64,000 nucleotides of DNA from Vicinamibacterales bacterium (lineage in GTDB: Bacteria > Acidobacteriota > Vicinamibacteria > Vicinamibacterales > UBA8438). Location of the stretch: the NCBI GenBank assembly GCA_963663195.1, contig OY760136.1:4359079-4423078 (forward strand), in the 5' to 3' direction. Both the position numbers and the translations under genes were made by a program. Numbering within the stretch: position 1 is the first letter of the stretch; every line of letters starts with the position of its first letter. The notes beneath the pieces are model-generated. The model was not told where the DNA came from. It did no database searches and worked only from the letters and a program-made list of their open reading frames with translations. Of this stretch, positions 22,799-32,482 are shown piece after piece.

Positions 22799-23121
22799 GC
22801 GACCACCTCCCCGGGCAGCATGAACTTGCGCTCGCGCCCCAGCGTCAGCGCGTCGCTCTCCGCCCACCAGGCGGTGATGTCCGGATCCCGGCTGCCTCGG
22901 CGCATGGCCCAGAATCCGGCCGGGCCGGGCAGCGACCACAGCAGCAGCAGCTCGTTGGGCGCGTCGGCCAGCTCGATCGGCGGCGTGAACCACTGCCCCA
23001 CCAGCGTCATGCCCCGTTCCCGCGCCAGCGGCAGATAGCGCTCGCGCAGCCGCGCCTGGTAGTCGCGCAGGTGTCCGGGGCGCACCGTGATCCGGTCGAG
23101 CACGTAGATCTCTTCGGCCAT
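22795..23121 (-). CDS. NIPSNAP-like protein
   Basis: IYVLDRITVRPG...YLPLA..RGM.LVG.W...NELLLLW pattern, with SD GGAGG upstream. Confidence 0.6.
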   Translation of the reverse strand: MAEEIYVLDRITVRPGHLRDYQARLRERYLPLARERGMTLVGQWFTPPIELADAPNELLLLWSLPGPAGFWAMRRGSRDPDITAWWAESDALTLGRERKFMLPGEVVA

Positions 23122-23142
23122 CCGAACCTCCTGCCCTGGTAG

Positions 23143-24201
23143 CTACTCGCGGACGAGCGGACGCCACGCCAGCTCCCAGCGGAGCGGCGCTTCCGCCGGG
23201 ATGTAGCACACCTCGTCGTCGCACGCCTGGTACTCGAGCGTGCCTTCGATCACCAGCTTGCCGTCAGCGACCGATGACAACGCCGCCGTCTCCTCGCTCA
23301 TCGGCACGGTGACCTCCTGGACAAGGCGGAACGGCTGCTGGTAGACCGGCACAGTCTCGTCGAGCGGCTCGTAGTGGTACTGCTCCGAGGCCGGGTAATC
23401 CAACGGGTGGACCCGCAGGAAGTCGGGGGCATCGAGGCGCAGCCGGACTACCCGGTACAGATGGTCGCCGGGCGCGTAGACGTGCATGCCCGGCTTGGGT
23501 GTGACGTCGACGACGAGCGCAAAGCGGTTCCCGGGCGTGATCGCGGCGTCGCTCGCGTGGGCGCTCGCGGCGATCAGGCGCGTTTCGACCTCCGTCCCCG
23601 CGACGCCGCCGCCGTCGAACGGCTCGCCGAGCCGCAGCGCCATGCTCGACGCCGTGAACCGCTCCTGATAGCGCTGCTCGAAGAAGCGCTCCACGACGCG
23701 CCCGTCCCCATCGAGCACGAAGGTGCCCGGATACGGGATACCGTACATGCTGACGTCGCCCGCCTGCGCGTCCCGCGCAATCTCGCGGTTCAGGATGCCG
23801 TAGCGCCGGATCACCTCCGATCCGGAGTCCGACAGCACGGGAAACTCGATTCCGCGGGCATCGGTGAACGCTCGGATCGCTTCCGGCGGGTCGTAGAAGA
23901 TGGCGGCTAGACCGATGCCGCGTGCGCTCAGGTCCGCGTAGCGGCCTTGCAGCTCGACGAGCTGCGTCTTGCAATACGGTCACCAGACGGCGGAACGCGA
24001 GAAGACCAGCAGCGCGCCGTTCGGACCGAGGATGGACTCCAGCGTCCCGGCGCGCCCGGTCTGATCGACGAGCTCGAAGGCGGGCGCCGCCTCGCCGACC
24101 TGCGGACCGAACCGATCGACGTCAGGCAATTGATCGGCGACCTGCGCGGCGGCGGCCGCGGCGGCGGCCGGCAGCAGCAGGAAAGGGAGAATATTCCGCA
24201 T
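23143..24201 (-). CDS. Selenoprotein: secreted AhpC/TSA-type redoxin (UPYC) fused to a DsbD-N-like domain
   Basis: ORFs 23980..24315 and 23143..23838 are in the same frame, separated only by TGA 23982-23980 in the context W-U-P-Y-C. A hairpin follows the TGA. C-terminal YQACDDEVCYIP. Confidence 0.85.
23952..23982 (-). promoter_or_regulatory. Candidate bacterial SECIS element
   Basis: After the UGA the minus strand reads CCGTATTGCAAGAC-GCAGCTC-GTC-GAGCTGC-AA, a 7-bp stem with G first in the loop. The stem ends near 23949. Confidence 0.6.
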
Positions 24202-24278
24202 CTTCAACACGCCTCCGGGCCGCCGTCGGGCGGCGTGGCCGGTCGCTCGATCATAAACCGTTGGACGCGCGGCGGGCA

Positions 24279-24923
24279 TCACGTCCAGGCGGCCAGAAAC
24301 TGCAGGCCCGCCCACAGGGAACGGATGCCCAGCAGCGCCAGGGCGGCGGCCAGCAGGCGCAGCGCCGGCCGGTAGTAGCGGCCGTCGAGCCGCATGCGAC
24401 CCTGGCCGGCGGCCACCGCCGCCAACACCTTGGCGCCGACGAGGCAGCTGTACATCCCGGCGAGGAACCCCACCGCCGCCAGACCGCCGGCCGCGCGCGC
24501 CTGCACCAGCGTGGGGGCTCCGACCACCAGCCAGAACACGTAGGGATGCGGGTTCACGAGGTTTGCGGCCGCGCCCCGGACGAACGAGCCGAACCGCCGC
24601 TGCCCCACCCCGGCGGGTTGGCCGGCGGCCGCCACGGGCAGTGGGGCGAGCGTGCCCGCCGCCAGATACAGGAGCACGCCGCCGCCGGCCAGCGAGACGA
24701 CGCCGACGATCGGACCCGGCTCGGTGATCGTCGTGAACAGCAGCAGCGACAGCAGGATGATCGGCGGGTCCGTGGCAAGCGGCGAAACCGCCACCTGCAC
24801 GCCGCCGGCCGTGCCGTGGCGCAGGCTCTCCGCCAACACCAGCGCCAGCAGCGGCCCCGGGGCGAAGCCCGCACCGAGACCGAATACGACCCCGGACGCG
24901 ACGAACCCCAGTGCGGAATCCAT
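24279..24923 (-). CDS. LysE/RhtB family translocator
   Basis: GFAPGPL..LV, NLVNPHPYVFW and about 6 TM helices. Confidence 0.85.
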   Translation of the reverse strand: MDSALGFVASGVVFGLGAGFAPGPLLALVLAESLRHGTAGGVQVAVSPLATDPPIILLSLLLFTTITEPGPIVGVVSLAGGGVLLYLAAGTLAPLPVAAAGQPAGVGQRRFGSFVRGAAANLVNPHPYVFWLVVGAPTLVQARAAGGLAAVGFLAGMYSCLVGAKVLAAVAAGQGRMRLDGRYYRPALRLLAAALALLGIRSLWAGLQFLAAWT

Positions 24924-25037
24924 CCTGGCGGAACGATAACAGCGATGCAGATGACGTGCGCCTGCGCCGCCGGCCGGCGGGCGGTATGATCCGCCTGTTC
25001 GGCGCGGCTGCGTCCCCGCCGACCGAAGGAGGATGAC

Positions 25038-25994
25038 ATGAGACGCCGGGCGGGGCCGGGGCTGCTTGCGGCCACCTGCATGCTCGCGGCCGTGGTCACC
25101 ACCGCCGGCGGCCGGCCGCAGGACGAGCGGGTCGTCGAGATAGACACGCTGAATGTGCGGGACGTCCTCTATCACCTGTGGGGCGGCGGCGCCAACACGG
25201 TGGCGCTGATCGACGAGATCAACGGCGGCGTCGTGCTCGTCGACACGAAGCGGGCCGGCTGGGGCGCCGCCCTGCGCACGGCGGTCGAGCAGGTGACCGA
25301 CCTGCCGGTTACGACCATTATCACCACCACCGCGAGCCCGGATCACGCCGGCGGCAGCGCGGACTTCCCCGCTGTGCCGCTGATCATCGCGCACGAGAAC
25401 ACGCGCGCAAACCTGGAGCGCGCCGGCGGCGGGAATACGGCCGGCCTGCCGACAACCACCTTCGCCGACCGCTACTCCCTGCTCGAGGATCTCGACCGGA
25501 TCGAGTTGTACTACTTCGGCCCGGCGCAAACCGACGGCGACATCGTCGTGGTGTTTCCGGAGAAGCAGACCGCCTACCTCGGGGCGCTGTTCCCGGGAAA
25601 GGCAATCCCGGCCATCGACCGCGACAACGGCGGCAGCGGCCTGGCCTTCCCCGAAACGCTGGCGACGGCGGCGGCGGCCATCGACGGCGTGACGCGGGTG
25701 ATCACCGGCCACGGCCCACGTCCGTTCACCTATGCCGGGCGGGGACCGCGGATAGACGTCGAGCGCCGCGCCGCCGGGCGGATGAGCCGGGAAGACGTGC
25801 AGGAATACGCCGACTTCACGCGCGATCTGGTCGCCGCGGTGGAAGCGGCGTTTCGCGCCGGCCGCAGCGCCGGTGAGGCGGCAGCGGACCTGCGCCTGCC
25901 GGAGCGCTATGCCGACTACGGCAGGGAACAGGCACAGGCCACCGTCGCGGCGATCTACGCCGAGCTCGAGCAGGCGGCAGGCACGGGGAGATGA
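25038..25994 (+). CDS. Secreted metallo-beta-lactamase-fold (cyclase-like) protein with degenerate metal site
   Basis: GANT, LVDTK, ITTTASPDHAGG, IIAHENT, GPAQTDGD and VITGHG motifs, plus a signal peptide. Confidence 0.75.
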   Translation: MRRRAGPGLLAATCMLAAVVTTAGGRPQDERVVEIDTLNVRDVLYHLWGGGANTVALIDEINGGVVLVDTKRAGWGAALRTAVEQVTDLPVTTIITTTASPDHAGGSADFPAVPLIIAHENTRANLERAGGGNTAGLPTTTFADRYSLLEDLDRIELYYFGPAQTDGDIVVVFPEKQTAYLGALFPGKAIPAIDRDNGGSGLAFPETLATAAAAIDGVTRVITGHGPRPFTYAGRGPRIDVERRAAGRMSREDVQEYADFTRDLVAAVEAAFRAGRSAGEAAADLRLPERYADYGREQAQATVAAIYAELEQAAGTGR

Positions 25995-25998
25995 CGTC

Positions 25999-27348
25999 AT
26001 GCGGGTGACGATGCGGACGGCGGCAGGCATTTGCGCGTGCCTCGTGCTCGCGGGGGGCTCTACGCGCCTGCTCGCCGAGGACTGGCCCGAGTTCCGCGGC
26101 GCGGGCCGCCTCGGCATCTGGCACGAGACCGGCGTGCTGGAATCGTTTCCGGCAGACGGCCTGCGCGTGCGTTGGCGTTCGCCGATCAAGGCGGGGCTGG
26201 CGGGTCCGGCCGTGGCGGACGGGCGCGTGTTCGCCACCGACTGGGAGCCGACCGACGGCATGCGCGGCGTCGAGCGGGCGCTGGCGTTCGACGAGATCAG
26301 CGGCCAACTGCTGTGGTCGACCGCATGGGAGGCGGACTACGCGGGGGTGATGTGGGAGATCGGCCCCGGCGCGACGCCGACGGTCGACGGCGAGCGGGTC
26401 TACATGCTCGGACGGACCGGCATGCTCTCGGCCCTCGACGTCGAGACGGGCGCGCTGTTGTGGCGCAAGGATTACGGCGCCGACTATGGCGTCGACCGGA
26501 TGCGGTGGGGCTTCGACTGGGGCTTCGCCAGCGCCCCGCTGGTGGACGGCGACCAGCTCATCTGCCTGGTCGGCGGATCGCCGGACGCGCGCGTGGTGGC
26601 GTTCGACAAGCACAGCGGCGAAGAACTCTGGCGGGCATTGCCGAGCGAAACCGATCTCGGCGTGGCGCAGCCGATCATCATCGAGGCGGGCGGCGTGCGC
26701 CAACTCATCATGTGGGATCCGGAGGAGGTCGTGTCGCTCGACCCGGCGACGGGCGACGTCTACTGGCGCCAGCCCTACGTCGTGGGCGGCGGCATGACGG
26801 TCGCCGTGCCGGTGCAGGCCGGCGCGCAACTCTTCTTCACGACGTTCTACGACGGACCGATGATGTTGGCGCTGAATCAGGACCGGCCGGCCGCCAGCGT
26901 CGCGTGGAAGGGCGCCAGCAACAGCGAGATCCGCACCGAGGGGCTGCACGCCGTGCTGGCGACGCCGATCGTCGACGACGGCTACATCTACGGCATCGGC
27001 AGCTACGGCCAGCTACGAGGCCTCGACGCCCGCACCGGCGAACGGCTCTGGGAAACGCAGGAGGCCACGGTGGAGCGGCGGCGGTGGGTCTCCGGTTTTC
27101 TGGTCCGCAACGGCGACCGGGTGCTGATCAACAACGACCGCGGGGAGCTGATCAGCGCCCGCCTGAGTCCGGAAGGGTACGAAGAAGTGAGCCGTACCCA
27201 GCTGATCGCGCCCACTTCCCCGCCCGGCAACCGGCGTGAGCTGCGCTTCGTCAACTGGGTTCACCCGGCCTACGCGAACAAGCACGTCTATACGCGCAAC
27301 GATGAGGAGATCATCAGCGTGTCCCTGGACCCGGCCGACTATCAGTAG
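25999..27348 (+). CDS. PQQ-like/BamB-type beta-propeller secreted protein
   Basis: Signal peptide, then EDWPEFRG and repeated A(L/F)D..(T/S)G..LW tryptophan-docking motifs. Confidence 0.85.
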   Translation: MRVTMRTAAGICACLVLAGGSTRLLAEDWPEFRGAGRLGIWHETGVLESFPADGLRVRWRSPIKAGLAGPAVADGRVFATDWEPTDGMRGVERALAFDEISGQLLWSTAWEADYAGVMWEIGPGATPTVDGERVYMLGRTGMLSALDVETGALLWRKDYGADYGVDRMRWGFDWGFASAPLVDGDQLICLVGGSPDARVVAFDKHSGEELWRALPSETDLGVAQPIIIEAGGVRQLIMWDPEEVVSLDPATGDVYWRQPYVVGGGMTVAVPVQAGAQLFFTTFYDGPMMLALNQDRPAASVAWKGASNSEIRTEGLHAVLATPIVDDGYIYGIGSYGQLRGLDARTGERLWETQEATVERRRWVSGFLVRNGDRVLINNDRGELISARLSPEGYEEVSRTQLIAPTSPPGNRRELRFVNWVHPAYANKHVYTRNDEEIISVSLDPADYQ

Positions 27349-27354
27349 CAGCCT

Positions 27355-28524
27355 GTGGCAACATCGCCGCTCCGCGAGCTCGCCGCCCTGTTCCTCCGAC
27401 TCGGCATAACCGCCTTCGGCGGGCCGGCGGCGCATATCGCCATGATGCGCGCCGAGGTAGTGGAGCGCCTCAAGTGGCTGAGCGACCGGGAATTTCTCGA
27501 CCTGCTGGCGGCGACCAACCTGATTCCGGGCCCGAATTCGACCGAGATGGCGATTCACCTCGGCTACCGGCGCGCGGGGATCCCCGGGCTGCTGGTGGCC
27601 GGGGCCTGCTTCATCCTGCCCGCGGCGCTTATCGTGGGCGGTATCGCCTGGGGCTATGCCCGCTACGGCGAGACGCCGGCCGTGGGCTGGCTGATGTACG
27701 GCATCGGTCCGGTGGTCATCGCCATCGTCCTGCAGGCGCTGGTGAAGCTGGGGCAGGCGGCGCTGGAACGCTGGGCGCACGGACTCATTGCCGCCGCCGC
27801 GCTGGCGGCTGCGCTAGGCGGCGTGAACGAGCTGCTGCTGCTGGCGGCCGGCGCCGCGGCCGGTCTGCTGTTGACCCTCCGACCCGGACGCGGCGCCGCG
27901 GCGGGCATCTGGCTGGCGCTGCCGGCCGTGCTGTCGCGTGCGCTGACCGGCACCGCCGCACTGGCCGCCACGGTGGCGGCGGCAGCCGAGGTGGCGCCGT
28001 TCACCGTCACGCGGCTGGCGCTGTTCTTCCTCAAGGCGGGATCCATCCTGTTCGGCAGCGGCTACGTGCTGCTCGCGTTTCTGCGCGCCGACCTCGTCGA
28101 GCGCTGGAGCTGGTTGACCGACCAGCAGCTGATCGACGCGATCACGGTCGGTCAGATGACGCCCGGACCGGTGTTCACGACGGCCACCTTCATCGGCTAC
28201 CTGCTGGGCGGCTGGACCGGCGCGGTGCTGGCTACGGCGGCCATTTTCGCACCCGGATTCGTCCTCGTAGCCGTCACCCAGCCGCTCATCCCGAAGATGC
28301 GTGCGTCGCGGCTGCTCGGCGGTTGCCTGGACGGCGTGATCGCCGCGTCGCTCGGACTGATGGCGTCGGTTACCTGGCTGTTGGGACGCGCGGCGCTGGT
28401 CGATGTGTGGACCGTGATCATCGCCGCCGCCGCGGCAGTCGTACTGTTCGTCTGGCGCCCCAATGCAACGTGGCTGATCGTTGGCGGAGCGGCCGCCGGC
28501 TGGCTGCTGAGCGGCACGGCGTAG
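27355..28524 (+). CDS. chrA: Chromate efflux transporter (long-chain CHR)
   Basis: AFGGPAAHIAM, IPGPNSTE, LFGSGYVL and TPGPVFTTATFIGY motifs. Confidence 0.92.
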   Translation: MATSPLRELAALFLRLGITAFGGPAAHIAMMRAEVVERLKWLSDREFLDLLAATNLIPGPNSTEMAIHLGYRRAGIPGLLVAGACFILPAALIVGGIAWGYARYGETPAVGWLMYGIGPVVIAIVLQALVKLGQAALERWAHGLIAAAALAAALGGVNELLLLAAGAAAGLLLTLRPGRGAAAGIWLALPAVLSRALTGTAALAATVAAAAEVAPFTVTRLALFFLKAGSILFGSGYVLLAFLRADLVERWSWLTDQQLIDAITVGQMTPGPVFTTATFIGYLLGGWTGAVLATAAIFAPGFVLVAVTQPLIPKMRASRLLGGCLDGVIAASLGLMASVTWLLGRAALVDVWTVIIAAAAAVVLFVWRPNATWLIVGGAAAGWLLSGTA

Positions 28525-28530
28525 CGCGGC

Positions 28531-29535
28531 TCACTCGCCGCTGTCGGGGCGCGCGGCGGCGGCGGCCGGCCGCTCAGCCGGGCGGGTCTCCTCCAGCGTC
28601 ATCTTGAGCACGCGGCCGACGCGCTTCGGAGGCGCGGCCGGGAGATCGTCGCCGCCGCGCTCGTTCCAGATGTCGCGGCCCGTCTGCCCGGCGGCGGCGC
28701 TCAGATCGAGGACGAGCTCCCGCTGCGCGACGTACTGGCCGTGCAGCTCGCGGCACTCGCGCTCAACGTGCAGCCGCGCCGCCTCCAGCGGCGCGTGCCA
28801 GGGCTCGCCCGCAGCGGTGGCGATCAGGCCCTGCATGAGCCCGGCCAGCACGTCCAGGTCGTGCAGGCGCCCCAGGATCTCCTGTACGCTCCGGGCATCC
28901 CGCACGGCGCGTTTCGTGCGCGCCTCGCCCGTGTCGCCCGCCAGCTCCAACACATAGCGCAAGCGCTTCGTGGCTATGCGCACGGCATGCACGCGGTCAG
29001 CGATGTACAGCGGGCCGGCGGCGTCCACGGTCTCGCGGAGCACCCGCGCGCGGCTCTCCATGCGCGACGCCAGCACCTGCGCCCAGGCATCGGTCTGCTG
29101 CCGCATTCCGAGCAGCCGCGCCACCTCGGCCAGATCGCGCTCCAGCTTGCGCGTGTTGATCGAGCGCAGCAGGTCGAGCATCTGCTCGCGCTGCTCCTCG
29201 CGCTCGTCGAGGAGATGCTGCCGCAGCCGCCGCTCCGCCTCGTCCCGGACGACGCCCTCGCGCGCCAACTCGTCCAACACCTCAAGCGACACGTCGAGCT
29301 CGCGCACCGGCCCCATCGCGCGCCCGACGCGGCGCAGGCGGCGGCGGGCGCGCTGCGCGATCCCCATGGACGCTTCCGGGCCGCAGAGCGGCAGCAGCTC
29401 GCGCAGGCGGCGCGTCGAGACGCGGCACTGGTGCAGCGGCTCGACCTCCCCGTCAACCGCCTCCGGCAGGTACGTGCCGAACGCGCGCGCCTGCCGCTCG
29501 AACGGCGGCAGCAGCGGGTGGAGCGGCATGATCAT
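28531..29535 (-). CDS. CHAD domain protein (polyphosphate binding)
   Basis: LHQCRVSTRRLR, RELDV, HAVRIATKRLRY and QEILGRLHDLDV motifs. Confidence 0.88.
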   Translation of the reverse strand: MIMPLHPLLPPFERQARAFGTYLPEAVDGEVEPLHQCRVSTRRLRELLPLCGPEASMGIAQRARRRLRRVGRAMGPVRELDVSLEVLDELAREGVVRDEAERRLRQHLLDEREEQREQMLDLLRSINTRKLERDLAEVARLLGMRQQTDAWAQVLASRMESRARVLRETVDAAGPLYIADRVHAVRIATKRLRYVLELAGDTGEARTKRAVRDARSVQEILGRLHDLDVLAGLMQGLIATAAGEPWHAPLEAARLHVERECRELHGQYVAQRELVLDLSAAAGQTGRDIWNERGGDDLPAAPPKRVGRVLKMTLEETRPAERPAAAAARPDSGE

Positions 29536-29626
29536 CGGCGGTCCGGGGAAACGGCGTGACGTGCCGGATTGTCCGTATATCATACAGGGCGCGCCGCGCC
29601 TCCGGGCCGCGCACAACCGAACGCAC

Positions 29627-31306
29627 ATGCGCATTGCCGCCATCGACATCGGCACCAATTCCGTCCACATGATCGTCGTGCAGGTACGTCCGGACCGCTC
29701 CTTCGAGGTGGTGGACCGCGAGAAGGAGATGGTGCGGCTCGGCTCCGGCGGCCTGGGCGGCCGTGCGCTGACGGAAGCGGCGACCGCGTCGGCCCTGCAG
29801 GCGCTGTCCAAGTTCCGGCGCCTCGCCGAATCGCACGACGTCGACGAGATTGTCGGGGCCGCCACCAGCGCGGTGCGCGAGGCGGACAACGGCCGGCAGT
29901 TCCTCGACGCCATCCTCCACCGCACGGGCATCCGCGTGCGCGTCATTTCCGGCGCCGAAGAGGCGAAGCTCATCCATCGCGCGGCGGTGTACGGCGTCGA
30001 CGTCGCCGACGGCCCGGCGGTGGTCATCGACATCGGCGGCGGCAGCGTCGAACTCACGCGCGGCACCGCCGCCCGGGTCCACGTGGCCCACAGCGCAAAA
30101 ATCGGCGTAATCCGCCTGACGGAGCAATTCGTCCGCACCGACCCGATCGTCGAGCGAGACGTGCGCCGGATGACCGATTACGTCAGCGACGAGATTGCCG
30201 CCGTCGTCGACCGCATCGTCAAGCTCGGCTTCGAGCGCGTGATCGGCACCTCCGGCACCATCCTGAGCCTCGGCGCGCTCGCGGTCGGCAGCGGCCGGGC
30301 GGTCGCCTCCGACGCGCTGCGGAACCGCCGCATACCCGTAAAGCAGATCCGCCGCGTACGGCGCGAGCTGAGCGGCATGACGCTGGCGGATCGGCTGCGG
30401 ATACCGGGGCTCGACCCGCGCCGCGCCGATCTGGCCGTGGCCGGCGCCATCGTGCTCGACACGATTCTCAAGCGACTCGGGGCGCGCGACCTGACGATCT
30501 GCGACCTGGCGCTGCGCGAGGGTCTGGCGCTCGACTACATCCGCCGCAACCGCGCCCAGATCGCCAACGTCGAGAGATACCCGGACGTCCGCCGGCGCAG
30601 CGTGTTCGAGCTGGCCGAGCGCTGCAGCTACGCGCGCGACCACTCGCGGCAGGTGGCGCGCCTGGCGCTCGAATTGTTCGACCAGACGCAGCCGGCGCAC
30701 CGCCTCGACGCCCGCGCCCGTGAATGGCTGGAATATGCCGCTCTGCTGCACGACATCGGCGAGCACATCAGCCACGCGCGGCACCACAAGCACTCCTACT
30801 ACCTGGTGAAGAACGGCGACCTGCGCGGGTTCGAGCCGGAAGAGGTGGAGCTTATGGCGCTCATCACGCGCTACCACCGGCGGGGCCAGCCCAAGCGCTC
30901 GCACGACGGCTACGGCCAGCTCGGTTCCGAGGCGCGCCGCACGGTGCGCACGCTGGCGGCAATCGTACGGGTGGCGGAGAGCCTGGACCGCAGCCATCAA
31001 CACAGCGTCGCGTCCCTCGAGATCGTGCCCGGCGCCCAGGACTACCTCGTGCGGCTGAAGCCGGACGGCGACACCGAGCTGGAGGTCTGGGCCGCGCAGC
31101 GCAACGCAGCACCGCTGGCGAAGGCGCTGCGGCGCGTCATCCGCTTCGAAGTGGCCGCCAGCGGCGCGCGGGCAGGCGCGCGCAAGGCGCGCCCGAAGGT
31201 CCGCGGCCGCGTCCACCGCACCGTCGCGGCGCCGGTCGAGGCGGCCGCCGGGCAGGCCGGCGCGCCCGCGCCGGACGCAGCCACGACAACCGGCCGGGTT
31301 CATTAG
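29627..31306 (+). CDS. ppx: Exopolyphosphatase Ppx/GppA with HD domain
   Basis: IAAIDIGTNS, ATSAVREA, DIGGGSVE, LREG and LLHDIG..I...HHKHSYY motifs. Confidence 0.95.
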   Translation: MRIAAIDIGTNSVHMIVVQVRPDRSFEVVDREKEMVRLGSGGLGGRALTEAATASALQALSKFRRLAESHDVDEIVGAATSAVREADNGRQFLDAILHRTGIRVRVISGAEEAKLIHRAAVYGVDVADGPAVVIDIGGGSVELTRGTAARVHVAHSAKIGVIRLTEQFVRTDPIVERDVRRMTDYVSDEIAAVVDRIVKLGFERVIGTSGTILSLGALAVGSGRAVASDALRNRRIPVKQIRRVRRELSGMTLADRLRIPGLDPRRADLAVAGAIVLDTILKRLGARDLTICDLALREGLALDYIRRNRAQIANVERYPDVRRRSVFELAERCSYARDHSRQVARLALELFDQTQPAHRLDARAREWLEYAALLHDIGEHISHARHHKHSYYLVKNGDLRGFEPEEVELMALITRYHRRGQPKRSHDGYGQLGSEARRTVRTLAAIVRVAESLDRSHQHSVASLEIVPGAQDYLVRLKPDGDTELEVWAAQRNAAPLAKALRRVIRFEVAASGARAGARKARPKVRGRVHRTVAAPVEAAAGQAGAPAPDAATTTGRVH

Positions 31307-31309
31307 CCG

Positions 31310-32218
31310 ATGGCTTCAGGCAATCGACACGCTCGACGCGCCGGTGTCGTCATCCTTGCCGCCGCGATCTGCCTGCTACTGCCCGCCGCCGACAGTGCGG
31401 CGCAGGAAGCGCTGGCGCTCGTCGCACCGGGCGCGCGCATCGAACGGATAGCGCGCGGTTTCGCCTTCGTGGAGGGACCCGCGGTCGACGCCGAAGGCGG
31501 GCTGTACTTCACCGACATTCCCAACAACCGGATTCACCGCTGGACGCCGGAGGACGGGGTGACGACCTACCGAGCAGACAGCGGCGGCGCCAACGGGCTG
31601 CGCTTCGACGCGGACGGCGTGCTGATTGCCTGCGAGATGGGCAACCGGCGCATCACCGCCACCTCTCCGGAGGGCGCCGTGCGCGTGCTGGCGGAGCGCT
31701 ATGAGGGTGGCCGGCTCAACAGTCCGAACGACCTGTGGATCGATCCGCAAGGGGGCATCTATTTCAGCGATCCGCGCTACGGTCGGGACGACGACCTCGA
31801 GCAGGACGGCCACCACGTCTACTACCTCACGCCCGACCGGACCGACATGTTGCGCGTGGCGGACGATCTGGAGCGGCCCAACGGCATCATCGGCTCGCCG
31901 GACGGCACGCGGCTCTACATCGCCGACCACGGCGGGGGCCGGACGTACGTCTACACGCCGGCGCCGGACGGCACGCTGGGCGGCAAGCGGCTGTTCGTGG
32001 AGCAGGGGTCCGACGGCATGACGATGGATGAGGCGGGCAACGTCTACCTGACCGGAGAGGACGTTACCGTGTTCGACCCGGACGGTGACGTGATCGGATC
32101 GATTGCCGTCCCCGAAGCGCCGGCCAACCTGACATTCGGCGGGCCGGACCGCACGACGCTGTTCATCACGGCGCGAACGGCGGTCTACGCGGTGGAGATG
32201 ACGGTGAGCGGGCAATAG
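31310..32218 (+). CDS. SMP-30/gluconolactonase family protein
   Basis: Signal peptide, FVEGP, NSPNDL, RPNGI, SDGMTMD and NLTFGG. Confidence 0.92.
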   Translation: MASGNRHARRAGVVILAAAICLLLPAADSAAQEALALVAPGARIERIARGFAFVEGPAVDAEGGLYFTDIPNNRIHRWTPEDGVTTYRADSGGANGLRFDADGVLIACEMGNRRITATSPEGAVRVLAERYEGGRLNSPNDLWIDPQGGIYFSDPRYGRDDDLEQDGHHVYYLTPDRTDMLRVADDLERPNGIIGSPDGTRLYIADHGGGRTYVYTPAPDGTLGGKRLFVEQGSDGMTMDEAGNVYLTGEDVTVFDPDGDVIGSIAVPEAPANLTFGGPDRTTLFITARTAVYAVEMTVSGQ

Positions 32219-32274
32219 CCCGCCGCGCGTGGTAGCGGAACCGCCCCTGCTGATACAATCTGGAGTCCCGATCG

Positions 32275-32460
32275 ATGGAAGAGCGCGGCGCCTTGTGCGT
32301 GCAATGCCGCCGCCGGCCGGCCATGCCGGCGTGGCGCCCGTTCTGCTCGGAACGTTGCAAGCTGCTCGATCTCCAGAACTGGCTGGACGACCGCTACCGC
32401 ATCCCGGGACAGACCGATGAGCCGCCGCGCGGCGGCGAGCCGACAGACGGGGAAACGTGA
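32275..32460 (+). CDS. yacG: DNA gyrase inhibitor YacG
   Basis: CVQC...RPFCSERCKLLDL..W....YRIPG. Confidence 0.88.
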   Translation: MEERGALCVQCRRRPAMPAWRPFCSERCKLLDLQNWLDDRYRIPGQTDEPPRGGEPTDGET

Positions 32461-32482
32461 CCGGAGAGGCAAAGAACGATCC

